64,000 nt of DNA. Origin: an uncultured bacterium (GTDB lineage: Bacteria > Verrucomicrobiota > Verrucomicrobiia > Limisphaerales > UBA8199). Position 1 is the first letter of the stretch. Every line of letters begins with the position of its first letter. Location of the stretch: contig CAVVMW010000014.1 of NCBI GenBank assembly GCA_963749495.1, forward strand, positions 576,001 to 640,000. Direction: 5' to 3'. The notes below the pieces were generated by a model, which made no database searches, was not told the origin of the DNA, and worked only from the letters and a program-made list of their open reading frames with translations. Of this stretch, positions 39,805-49,125 are shown piece after piece. The position numbers were made by a program, and so were the translations under genes.

Positions 39805-41840
39805 GGAGAGGCCCACCTTTGACTGTCCGAGCTCTGGCTTTGATGAGAGGGTCACTCCTGCTGGCAGGAGTGGTTGCTTTGATGGCAGAGCTCGCCGGTT
39901 TCAAGGCTGGCGCCAGGACGATGCTGGATACCCCGATCGTGCTGACGCAAGTGCCGCGGGGCGTGAGGGCCGACGCGAAGGCGTGGGATGCCAAGGGCCT
40001 GATACGCGCAGACCGGTTTGAGGGGGCGCGCATTGTGGTGGTGTCGCCCGAAGGCCAGGTCCGTGTTCTCTCGGACGGGTTTGCGTCCGCCTGCGACCCC
40101 AATGTGTCTTTCGACGCCCGGCGCGTGGTGTTTTCGGGAAAGAAAGACCAGCAATCCCGCTGGCGGATCTGGGAAATCGGGATCAACGGACAGGACCTGC
40201 AACCGATCAGCCCGGAAAACCAGGACGCCCGGAGTCCCATTTACCTGTCCGCGCTCTTCACGCTGGATTCGCCGGAACCGTGGTTCACGATCCTTTACAT
40301 CGGGCAGGAGAACACCATCAACGAAGCGGGCCGCGCATCAGCCTCCAGTTTGTACCACGTCAAGCTCGACGGAACGGAGTCGCGCCGGCTCACGTTCAAT
40401 CCCAACCACAACTTCGACCCGGTCCAGATGTGGGACGGACGCGTGATTTACGCAGCAGAGCATTACCCATTGGAGCCAAGCGCCGGGGCTGGGCGGGTGG
40501 GTCTATATGCCATTCACATGGTGGGCACCGATGGCGAGCTCTATGGCGGCGAAGGGGGACGGCGGATTCAGCACATGCCCTGCGCCACGGAACAGGGCCT
40601 GGTCCTTTTTGTGGAAAGTGACGAGCCGGCCTGGGATGGGGCAGGCCAGCTTTCCTGTTTGGATGAAAGGCGTCCGCACCATAGCTACAAGCGGCTAACG
40701 GGGGACGCGTCATTTGTGTATCTCTACCCCGCCGCGTGGCGCACCAACATGGTGCTGGTTTCCCGCCGTCCCGCAAACGGAGAAGGCGCCAGCGGCGTGT
40801 TCTGTTTCGACTTGAAGACGGGGCAGTGCGAACTGGTCTTTGATAGTCCTGACTGCCACGATGTGCAGGCTCAAGTTGTGAGGGCCAGGCCTCGGCCGGA
40901 TGGCCACTCCACCATTGTCGAACCTTCCAAATACTCCACAGGCATCTTTTACGGATTGAACTGCTATGAGGCGGACGAGCGCCTATCGCCCCACTTGGTG
41001 AAGGGGATATTCCAGCGTCTGCGGGTGATTGAAGGCGTGCCGCGCCCCGCGGCGGGGCCGGGCACGGATGTGTCCTGCGGTATCGGACCACGAGGCCCGT
41101 TTATTCCACGGCGCCTGATCGGGGAGGCGCCGATTGAAGCGGATGGGTCGTTTAATGTCGAGGTGCCGGCGGACACACCGGTGCTGCTCCAGGCCCTCGA
41201 TGAGCACGGCCTGGCACTTGGCACCTGCGGCTGGCTTTGGGTGAAGCAGCGAGAAGCCCGAGCGTGCATCGGTTGCCACGAAGACCCGGAACTGGCGCCC
41301 GAAAACCAATATGTGCTGGCCCTTCGGCGGCCTTCCAATCGGCTGACCCTGCCCCCGGGCGCGCGCCGGAACGTCGCCTTTCGAGAAACGGTCGCTCCCA
41401 TTCTCAAGGCCCGCTGTGCCGCGGCCGACTGCCATGGCGGCCAGGTCGCGCCGTTGCACTTGGAACTGACGGCGGACCAGCCAACCGCGCAAGACCTGGC
41501 CAGGACATACGCCCTCCTCTTGGCGCCAAGAGAAGGCGCGACCAACTGTGCCCCGGTTCCGGCTCCAGGCAGGTACGTCGATGCGGGGCGGGCACGCACG
41601 AGCTTCCTCATCTGGCGGCTCTTCGGTCGAGACACGTCCCGGCCGTGGGACGGCGGCTCAACCGGACCCACTGGCGGCGGCCGCAAGGTGGAGCAAATGC
41701 CGCCGCCCGGCAGGGCCGAAGCGCTCGCCCCGGAAGAAATCCGCTCCCTGGTCCAATGGGTTGACCTTGGCGCGCAATACGAGGCAGTGAAAACCGAGGG
41801 CTCACCGGCCATCGACAGGTCCGCTCAGGCTGCACAATGA
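39801..41840 (+). CDS. Hydrazine synthase alpha subunit (HzsA)-like protein: beta-propeller, HZS middle domain, two c-heme motifs
   Basis: FASACDP..WEIGING..RSPIY; RRLIGEAPIEADGSFNVEVPADTPVLLQALDEHG; CIGCH and CAAADCH; N-terminal hydrophobic segment. Confidence 0.82.
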   Translation: MRRGPPLTVRALALMRGSLLLAGVVALMAELAGFKAGARTMLDTPIVLTQVPRGVRADAKAWDAKGLIRADRFEGARIVVVSPEGQVRVLSDGFASACDPNVSFDARRVVFSGKKDQQSRWRIWEIGINGQDLQPISPENQDARSPIYLSALFTLDSPEPWFTILYIGQENTINEAGRASASSLYHVKLDGTESRRLTFNPNHNFDPVQMWDGRVIYAAEHYPLEPSAGAGRVGLYAIHMVGTDGELYGGEGGRRIQHMPCATEQGLVLFVESDEPAWDGAGQLSCLDERRPHHSYKRLTGDASFVYLYPAAWRTNMVLVSRRPANGEGASGVFCFDLKTGQCELVFDSPDCHDVQAQVVRARPRPDGHSTIVEPSKYSTGIFYGLNCYEADERLSPHLVKGIFQRLRVIEGVPRPAAGPGTDVSCGIGPRGPFIPRRLIGEAPIEADGSFNVEVPADTPVLLQALDEHGLALGTCGWLWVKQREARACIGCHEDPELAPENQYVLALRRPSNRLTLPPGARRNVAFRETVAPILKARCAAADCHGGQVAPLHLELTADQPTAQDLARTYALLLAPREGATNCAPVPAPGRYVDAGRARTSFLIWRLFGRDTSRPWDGGSTGPTGGGRKVEQMPPPGRAEALAPEEIRSLVQWVDLGAQYEAVKTEGSPAIDRSAQAAQ

Positions 41841-43507
41841 ACACGATTTTCCCAAGTTTATCGTCGTTGAGTGCTTTCGCGCTCGTTCTCCTGCCGGTGT
41901 CATTGCCGGCTGCCACCAACTGCGCGTGGCCGACATTCACGGACGTGACTGAAAAAGCCGGCATCAAGTTCAAGCACAGCATCGGCGATGTTGAGATGAA
42001 CAACATCGTTCAGGCCACCGGCCCGGGCGGTCTGGTCTTCGACTACAACAACGATGGGCTGATGGACATCTACTTCGTCAACGGCCGCTGGCACCCGGAC
42101 ATCAGCAGCAACCAGGGCAGGAAACTCAAGGGACACCTGAGAAATGCCCTTTACCGAAACAATGGTGACGGCACGTTCACCGACGTCACGGAGCAAGCGG
42201 GCGTTGGGGGACCCGATGACGCTTACGGCATGGCAGCTTCCTGCGCCGACTACGACAATGACGGCTACCTGGATCTGTACGTCTGCAATTACGGCAGAAA
42301 CATCCTCTACCACAACAATGGCGACGGCACGTTCACCGATGTGACCGACAAGGCCGGCTTGGCCAGTCCTGGCTGGTCGGTTGCCGCGCCGTGGTTTGAT
42401 TACAATGGCGACGGCTGGCTCGACGTGTTCGTCGTCCATTACCTGGACTATGACAAAGGCGCCTTCCAGCGCACAGGCGCCTATTACAAGGCCGATAATT
42501 TCCCGGGGCCGCTCTCGTATCCAGGACTTCCGGACCATCTCTATCGCAACAACCGGGACGGCACGTTCACGGATGTGACCAAGGAGGCGGGGCTGTGGGA
42601 GCCGACGGGCCGTGGCATGGGCGCCGTCGCGTGCGACCTGAACGGCGACGGGTTCATCGATATCTACGTGAGCAACGATGCCATGCCCAACAACTGCTGG
42701 ATCAATGACGGCAAGGGGCATTTCCAGGATAAAGCCCTGGAGATGGGCGTGGCCTTTGGCGAAGGCGGCCAGGGAGTCTCATCCATGGGGCCGTTCGCCG
42801 CCGACCTGGACCACAGCGGTTTGTTGGCCTTGCTCATACCCGATATGGGCTATAAGTCGTTGTTGGTCCAGAGCCGTCCAGGATTGTTCAAAGACGTGAC
42901 GGTCCAATCGGGCATTTCGCAAATGAGCGGGCAGTACACCAGTTGGGGCGGGTTGTTGGTGGATTTCGACAACGACGGCTACGCGGACCTCTTCATGGCA
43001 AACGGCAATGCCCACCACCTGTTCCCGGAGGACGCGACCATCGCGCGCAACGACGGCAAGGGCAGGTTTATTGACGTAGCCGCTCAATCCGGGGAGTTCT
43101 TCCGGCACAAATATGTCGCGCGCGGCGCGGCCTGCGTCGATTTTGACAACGACGGCAACCTCGACATCCTGGTATTCTGCCTGAACGAAGGCCCGCACTT
43201 GCTGCGCAACAATGGGGGCGCCCACCCCAATTGGCTCAAGGTCGTGCCCGTGCGCAAGGATACTGGTATGGTGGCCCTCGGCGCCACCGTGACTGTCCGG
43301 GCCAACGGAATGCAAATGGTCCACCCCGTGACGGGAGTCAACGGCTATCTCGTCAGCAACGACCCGCGCCCGCACTTTGGCCTCGGCAAAGCGACCAAGG
43401 CGGACCGGGTCGAGATCCGCTGGCCGGATGGCAAGAAGCAGGTGCTGGAGAATGTCCCCGCCAATCAGATCCTGACGGTGCGTTACGGCGCGGATGCAAC
43501 CAAGTGA
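41837..43507 (+). CDS. CRTAC1-family protein (FG-GAP/VCBS repeats plus ASPIC/UnbV)
   Basis: Repeated DYNNDG..D and RNNGDGTFTDVT; HFGLG..IRWPDG. Confidence 0.92.
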   Translation: MNTIFPSLSSLSAFALVLLPVSLPAATNCAWPTFTDVTEKAGIKFKHSIGDVEMNNIVQATGPGGLVFDYNNDGLMDIYFVNGRWHPDISSNQGRKLKGHLRNALYRNNGDGTFTDVTEQAGVGGPDDAYGMAASCADYDNDGYLDLYVCNYGRNILYHNNGDGTFTDVTDKAGLASPGWSVAAPWFDYNGDGWLDVFVVHYLDYDKGAFQRTGAYYKADNFPGPLSYPGLPDHLYRNNRDGTFTDVTKEAGLWEPTGRGMGAVACDLNGDGFIDIYVSNDAMPNNCWINDGKGHFQDKALEMGVAFGEGGQGVSSMGPFAADLDHSGLLALLIPDMGYKSLLVQSRPGLFKDVTVQSGISQMSGQYTSWGGLLVDFDNDGYADLFMANGNAHHLFPEDATIARNDGKGRFIDVAAQSGEFFRHKYVARGAACVDFDNDGNLDILVFCLNEGPHLLRNNGGAHPNWLKVVPVRKDTGMVALGATVTVRANGMQMVHPVTGVNGYLVSNDPRPHFGLGKATKADRVEIRWPDGKKQVLENVPANQILTVRYGADATK

Positions 43508-43511
43508 ATCA

Positions 43512-46385
43512 ATGCACAAGCCATCCTCCATCCTGTTTTCCGCGCTCCTCCTCTCGGCCCTGACGGCAATTGGGGCTGGCAATGTCAAGGAGCCCATTTA
43601 TATCGGGGCGCAGGCCTGCGCTCAGTGCCATGACGGCCCAGCCATGGGGCACCAATTCAGCAAGTGGCGGCTGAGCGCCCATGCCGCGGCCTATGCTTCG
43701 CTGGCGCTGCCGGAAGCCAAGACCATCGCTGAGTTCAGCGGCATTCCCGAGCAGCCATACCAAGCCAGGATGTGTTTGGGCTGCCATAGCACCGCCTCCG
43801 AAACCGAAGACTGGGAAAGGACCGAAGGGTTCCACCTGGAGGACGGGTTGCAATGCGAGGGGTGCCATGGCCCTGGCAGTGAATACGCCTCGGCGGAAAT
43901 CATGAAAGATCGGGCCAAGGCCATGGCGAACGGGCTGCGGATGCCCAATAAGGACTCGTGCATGCTGTGTCACCGGACCAAAGGTTCCCACGACATGGCG
44001 CTCAAGAGAACGCCGTTTAACCTGGAGATGGCCTGGGAGGCGATTTCCCATGCCACACCAAGAGCCGGGCAGAGCCAACCCAAAACCGTAGCCACGTCCG
44101 CAGCGGCGAGCCACAAGTTCGTTGGAGTCCTGGCCTGCGCCAAGTGCCACGGTGACGCACAACACGGATTCCAGTTCAGCAAGTGGCGTATGTCGAAACA
44201 CGCTCAGGCCTTCGCCGTGCTGGCCTCCCCCCGGGCCGCCGAATTGGCCAGGGACGCCGGTGTCAACGGCGACCCGCAGAACTGCGGGCAATGTTTGAAG
44301 TGCCACGCTACAGGTTCGGGAAGCGACCGCGCCTGTTTTCTGAAGGACTTCGACGTTCACGACGGCGTGCAATGCGAGAGCTGCCACGGACCGGGGGGCG
44401 ATTACTCGCCGGAGGCCGTGATGCTCGATAAAGCCACGGCCCGCGACAAGGGGCTATGGGCAACCGATCGGCAAACCTGCGCGCCGTGTCATGAAAAGGC
44501 CCACGGCAAGGCCTTTGATTATGAAGCGGCCCTGAAGAAGATCGCCCATTCGAAAAAGACGGCGGAGGGAGCCGACGCTAGGGCATCCGCCACTTCGAAT
44601 TATCACAGCCTTTACAAGAACCCGCTGAACCTCGCGCTCACGCCCGACGGCAATGAGCTTTGGGTCGCGTGCGAGGTTTCCGGCACGGTGGTCGTCGTGG
44701 ACACCGCCGCGGCCAGGAAGGTGGCTGAGATCCCAGTGGGAGGCGAGCCCACCGCGGTCTGCTTCACTCCTGATGGCAAACGGGCGTTTGTATCCAATCG
44801 TCTCGACGACAGCGTCTCGGTGGTGGAGGTGGCCGGCCGAAAGGTCGTGGCTACGCTGGAAGTGGGGAACCAGCCGCACGGGGTCCTGGTGGACCGCGAC
44901 GGGAAGTATCTGTACGTGTTGAACACGTCCATCGATAACATCTCGGTTTTCGACCTGGCGACGCTCAAAGAGATCAAGCGCCTCTCGGCCAGCCGCTCGC
45001 CGTGGTCGTTGGCGCAATCGCCCGATGGCCGGTCCATCCTCGTCACCCATGCCCTGTCGCGCTTCGTGCCCGACCGGACTCCGTCCATGTCCGAGGTCAC
45101 GCTCATTGACGCCCAACGAGTGATTGTCGAAGACCGGCTCGTGGTGCCGGGGGCCAATCTCCTGCAGGGCGTGGCCTGGCATCCCAGCGGCGAGTTTGCG
45201 CTGATCACTCTGCTGCGGACCAAGAACCTGGTGCCGATGACCCGCATTAACCGGGGTTGGACCATCACCAATGGCCTCGGCATTATATGGCGGGACGGGA
45301 CGGTGGACCAGGTGCTGCTGGATCAAAACGATCTTTATTTCCCCGACCCGACGGACGTGTGCATCACCCCTGATGGAAAATATGCCCTGGTAACGAGCAG
45401 CAGCTCGGACCGCATCGCGATTGCGGATCTGGACAAGCTGATCGCCATGCTCAAGGCTGCCACCCCCCGCGAACGGGAGCGGGTCATCCCCAACCATCTG
45501 GGCAAGTCGGCTGAGTTCATAGTCAAGTTCATCAGGACCGACAACAGCCCGCACGGCATCACCTGCTCCGCCAACGGCTCGACGGCTTATGTGGCCGGGA
45601 CGCTGGGCGACGTCGTGACGGTCATCGACCTGAAGAAACTGGAAGCCGTGGGCCGGATCGAGTTGGGCGCCGCCAAGGAACTGACCAAACGCCGGCGGGG
45701 CGAGAAGCTCTTTAACAGCGCCAACATCACATTTCGCCGGCAATTCTCCTGCCACACGTGCCATCCCGACGGCCACATCGACGGGCTCGCGTACGACATC
45801 GAAGATGACGGGATTGGCATGGGCCCTCTCGACAACCGGTCGCTGCGAGGCATCAACGATACGGCGCCCTTCAAGTGGGCCGGCATCAATCCCAGCCTCA
45901 AGCGGCAATGCGGCGCGCGGCTGGCCGTCTTCATCACGAGGTTGGCGCCCTTTGATCCCGGGCAACTGGACGACCTGCACACATACCTTTGCACGATCCC
46001 CCGTCCCCCAAACCGGTACCGCAAGCTGGGTGCCCCCCTCAATGAGGCTCAACGCCGGGGCAAGGTCATCTTTGAACGGACACACACAAACGATGGGCGC
46101 GCCATTCCCGCAAACAACCGTTGCGTGACCTGTCACTGCCCGCCGCTCCTGACCGACGGCAAGGTTCACGACGTCGGCACCAGGTTTGCTTATGACACCG
46201 AGGGGAAATTCGACACCCCTCATCTCCAGAACATCTACGATTCGGCCCCCTACCTCCATAACGGCATCGCGCCAACCTTGGAAGAGATTTGGACTCGCTA
46301 CAACCCCTACGACAAACATGGCGTCACCAACGACATGACCAAGGACCAGCTCAACGACCTGATCGAATATCTCAAGACGCTCTGA
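43512..46385 (+). CDS. Decaheme fusion: two tetraheme c554-like domains, YVTN beta-propeller (HzsB-like) and di-heme CcP/MauG-like domain (HzsC-like)
   Basis: Ten CxxCH (CAQCH, CLGCH, CEGCH, CMLCH, CAKCH, CLKCH, CESCH, CAPCH, CHTCH, CVTCH); TPDG repeats; FDTPHL..APYLHNG..DKHG. Confidence 0.88.
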   Translation: MHKPSSILFSALLLSALTAIGAGNVKEPIYIGAQACAQCHDGPAMGHQFSKWRLSAHAAAYASLALPEAKTIAEFSGIPEQPYQARMCLGCHSTASETEDWERTEGFHLEDGLQCEGCHGPGSEYASAEIMKDRAKAMANGLRMPNKDSCMLCHRTKGSHDMALKRTPFNLEMAWEAISHATPRAGQSQPKTVATSAAASHKFVGVLACAKCHGDAQHGFQFSKWRMSKHAQAFAVLASPRAAELARDAGVNGDPQNCGQCLKCHATGSGSDRACFLKDFDVHDGVQCESCHGPGGDYSPEAVMLDKATARDKGLWATDRQTCAPCHEKAHGKAFDYEAALKKIAHSKKTAEGADARASATSNYHSLYKNPLNLALTPDGNELWVACEVSGTVVVVDTAAARKVAEIPVGGEPTAVCFTPDGKRAFVSNRLDDSVSVVEVAGRKVVATLEVGNQPHGVLVDRDGKYLYVLNTSIDNISVFDLATLKEIKRLSASRSPWSLAQSPDGRSILVTHALSRFVPDRTPSMSEVTLIDAQRVIVEDRLVVPGANLLQGVAWHPSGEFALITLLRTKNLVPMTRINRGWTITNGLGIIWRDGTVDQVLLDQNDLYFPDPTDVCITPDGKYALVTSSSSDRIAIADLDKLIAMLKAATPRERERVIPNHLGKSAEFIVKFIRTDNSPHGITCSANGSTAYVAGTLGDVVTVIDLKKLEAVGRIELGAAKELTKRRRGEKLFNSANITFRRQFSCHTCHPDGHIDGLAYDIEDDGIGMGPLDNRSLRGINDTAPFKWAGINPSLKRQCGARLAVFITRLAPFDPGQLDDLHTYLCTIPRPPNRYRKLGAPLNEAQRRGKVIFERTHTNDGRAIPANNRCVTCHCPPLLTDGKVHDVGTRFAYDTEGKFDTPHLQNIYDSAPYLHNGIAPTLEEIWTRYNPYDKHGVTNDMTKDQLNDLIEYLKTL

Positions 46386-46402
46386 AACCCACTTGGAACC
46401 AC

Positions 46403-47596
46403 ATGAAAAAGACCCGGATTTCATCCCTCCTCTGCTTTCTGGCCCTCGTTCTCCTCGTTGGATCGGCCGAGGCGTATGCCGCTGGCGAGGCTGCCAATAT
46501 CCCCGTGGCTGCGCCGAGTGTCGCCGATCCCGGCGTGCCCTACGTGTACACGAATTGGGAGCAGCTTACCATTAAAGAGGGCTTGCCCAATGACCATATC
46601 TTTGCCGTTCGGGCGGACAAAGATAACGTGTGGATCGGCACTGAAAACGGCCTGGCCCGGTATGACAAGCAGACCAGGAAAATCAAATCCTGGCAGGAAA
46701 AGGACGGTTTGCCCTGGAAAGTGATCACCGGCATCGAGGTCAACCCTAAGACCGGCGAGCTGTGGCTGGCCTTGTTTGGCGGCGGCCTGGCGCGCTTCAG
46801 TGGCGGACGTTTCGACCACTTTCACCAGCTCAACAGCGGCCTGGTCAACGATGTCGTCTATGCCGTAGCCATGGAGCACGACAACGTCTGGTGCGCCACC
46901 ACCGCGGGCGCCAGCCGCTTCGATCCCAACCACGACAAGTGGACCATCTTCACCGAGAAGAACTCTCCGATGGAAGAGATCTGGAACTACGGCGTCTGCT
47001 ACAACGACGGCCTGGTCTATCTGGCCGTCTGGGGCAGTGGCGTCCTGGAATACAACGTTGCCACTGAGCGATGGAAGGACTACACAGACCCGGATGGCGA
47101 GATGGAGATTGACCTCTACCGCGATGACGGCCTCGTGCACGTCATTACCACCGGGGCCAGCTACGTGGAGAAGGTCCTTTGGATTTCGACTTATTTTGGG
47201 TGTTGCCGCTACGACGGCCGCCATTGGCGCGGCTACTATGACCATGATTGCGGGCTGCCGAGCAACTTCACCAACAATCTCAAAGGCCGGAGCGCCAACG
47301 AGGCCTGGTTCTGCACGGACAAAGGGCTGGGGGTGTGCGCCGATTTCGAGACGGACACCTGGCTGGCCTATACTTCCGATGGCAAGCATCACATGGGCAA
47401 GGCCGTGATCAAGCGCGGCCACGACCTCGTGGGCACCGTCGATACCGGCTACAACGTCCCTCACAACTTCATCATCTGCATGGATTTCGACGGCAACGAT
47501 GTCTGGGTGGGCACCTCCAAGGGGGTGGGCCACGGCATCGGCAACGGCTACTTTCCGGGGCTGCGGGCTGCCGGCGCGAGCACGGCGATGAAATAG
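46403..47596 (+). CDS. Secreted beta-propeller protein (Reg_prop-like repeats)
   Basis: Signal peptide; GLPNDHIF..VWIGTENGL, NSGLVNDVVY, VWVGTSKG repeats. Confidence 0.8.
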   Translation: MKKTRISSLLCFLALVLLVGSAEAYAAGEAANIPVAAPSVADPGVPYVYTNWEQLTIKEGLPNDHIFAVRADKDNVWIGTENGLARYDKQTRKIKSWQEKDGLPWKVITGIEVNPKTGELWLALFGGGLARFSGGRFDHFHQLNSGLVNDVVYAVAMEHDNVWCATTAGASRFDPNHDKWTIFTEKNSPMEEIWNYGVCYNDGLVYLAVWGSGVLEYNVATERWKDYTDPDGEMEIDLYRDDGLVHVITTGASYVEKVLWISTYFGCCRYDGRHWRGYYDHDCGLPSNFTNNLKGRSANEAWFCTDKGLGVCADFETDTWLAYTSDGKHHMGKAVIKRGHDLVGTVDTGYNVPHNFIICMDFDGNDVWVGTSKGVGHGIGNGYFPGLRAAGASTAMK

Positions 47597-47631
47597 GCTT
47601 ACGCCGTGAGCGCACAAAAACCGCATACGAT

Positions 47632-49125
47632 ATGAAAACAATGCGAATAGATCTTGGAGCGCGACTGCGGACCGCGTTGGCGCTGGTGTTTTTCTTGGGG
47701 TTGACGATATCCCTCATGCGAGCGGCCGAGGAGGCGGGTGGAAAGAAGAAGCCCGAGCGCCCCGAGGACCTCGATATGGCCACCATCCTGGAGCATATCA
47801 ATGTCGGTCCTTACGAACTGCCCAACCTCCCGCTAAAGACCAACCAGAACTACGCTCATTCGGCGGCCGACATCGAACCTTACGGCGGCGTGAAGCCCTT
47901 CAAGGAACATTTTCTGGTGCAAATGGAGTACACCGGCCCCGGCCGGGCCATCCCGGAACCGGAGGAGGTGAAGACCGTGAAGATTGGCTTCCTGGGCCCG
48001 ATCATGGCGACCGTTTCGGTGGCCACGGGTGGCAAGAGCCACGAGGAAGTTCTCGGGGTCGCCATGTTGCGCGGGGCCAAGTTGGCCATCGAGCAGGCCA
48101 ACGAAAAAGGCGGATACATCAAACGCAAGATCCCCTTCGAACTGGTGGTCCACAACGACAACGGCCTGTGGGGCGCTTCAGGCAACGAGATCATCAAGAT
48201 GGCCTACACCGAGAACGTCTGGGCTATTCTCGGCACGATCGACGGCGCCAATACCCACATCGCCATCCGTGTCGCCCTCAAAGCGGAGTTGCCCATGCTG
48301 ACGCCCGGTGACCTGGATCCGACCTACATCGAGACCAACATTCCCTGGGTCTTCCGCTGCATCGGTGATGACCGCCAGCAGAACTATCTCATTCTGGATT
48401 ATTTGTTCCGGAAGATGAAGTATCAACGCCCGGCCATCATTCGCTCCAGCAACCGGTACGGGCGCTTCGGCGTGCGCAAAATCCGCGATGGCGCCCGCCG
48501 CTTGAACCACCCCGTGGTCATCGAAATGGCTTACCCGGTGGGTTGCGAGAACTTTGATGTGCAACTGGACCGCATTGAGGGGGAAAAACCGGATGTCCTC
48601 ATTCACTGGGGCGACGCCGAGGATGGGGCTCGGGTATTGAATGCCATCCGCGCGCGCGGCTGGAAGCAGCCCTTTATCGCTTGTGACCGTTGCGTCTCTG
48701 ACAACTTCGTCAGGCTCGCCGGCCCCAATGCCGAAGGAGTCATCTGCAGCTATCCGTGGAACCCGGATCGCCAGGACCCCAAGCTGGAGGCCTTCCGCGA
48801 GGCCTTCCGCAAACGCTGGGGAGCCGACGCAGACACCTATTCCACGCATGCCTATGATGGGATGAACATGCTGATCTGGGCGATCCAGACGGCGGGGTTG
48901 AACCGGGCCAGGATTCGGGACGTGCTCGCCTACCGCCCCGACCCATTCCCGGGGGTGACCGGCGACATTCCACTCAGCGCGTCGCTGGACGATGCCGGAG
49001 AGGTTTTCCTCACCCGTCGCGAGAATGGCCGCTGGAAATATTACTCCGCAGCGGATTGGGGTATCCCACGCGGCAAAGTCATCGAGCAGATGCGGGGTGA
49101 GCGCCAGGAAGCCAGTGCAAAGTGA
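47632..49125 (+). CDS. LivJ-like (type I) periplasmic binding protein
   Basis: VKIGFLGP..GAKLAIEQANEKGG..NRYGRFG..HAYDG..FPGVTGDI. Confidence 0.85.
   Translation: MKTMRIDLGARLRTALALVFFLGLTISLMRAAEEAGGKKKPERPEDLDMATILEHINVGPYELPNLPLKTNQNYAHSAADIEPYGGVKPFKEHFLVQMEYTGPGRAIPEPEEVKTVKIGFLGPIMATVSVATGGKSHEEVLGVAMLRGAKLAIEQANEKGGYIKRKIPFELVVHNDNGLWGASGNEIIKMAYTENVWAILGTIDGANTHIAIRVALKAELPMLTPGDLDPTYIETNIPWVFRCIGDDRQQNYLILDYLFRKMKYQRPAIIRSSNRYGRFGVRKIRDGARRLNHPVVIEMAYPVGCENFDVQLDRIEGEKPDVLIHWGDAEDGARVLNAIRARGWKQPFIACDRCVSDNFVRLAGPNAEGVICSYPWNPDRQDPKLEAFREAFRKRWGADADTYSTHAYDGMNMLIWAIQTAGLNRARIRDVLAYRPDPFPGVTGDIPLSASLDDAGEVFLTRRENGRWKYYSAADWGIPRGKVIEQMRGERQEASAK

Noticed and set aside
39801..46385. 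Calling the organism an anammox bacterium or naming the genes hzsA/hzsB/hzsC
   Set aside because: Key alpha-subunit ligands appear absent, there is no HAO/HDH octaheme gene here, and the context looks verrucomicrobial
44454..46424. Long antisense and alternate-frame ORFs (e.g. 44454..46424, 32159..33667, 60056..61417, 63065..63910)
   Set aside because: Shadows of recognisable genes in GC-rich DNA, with no family motifs
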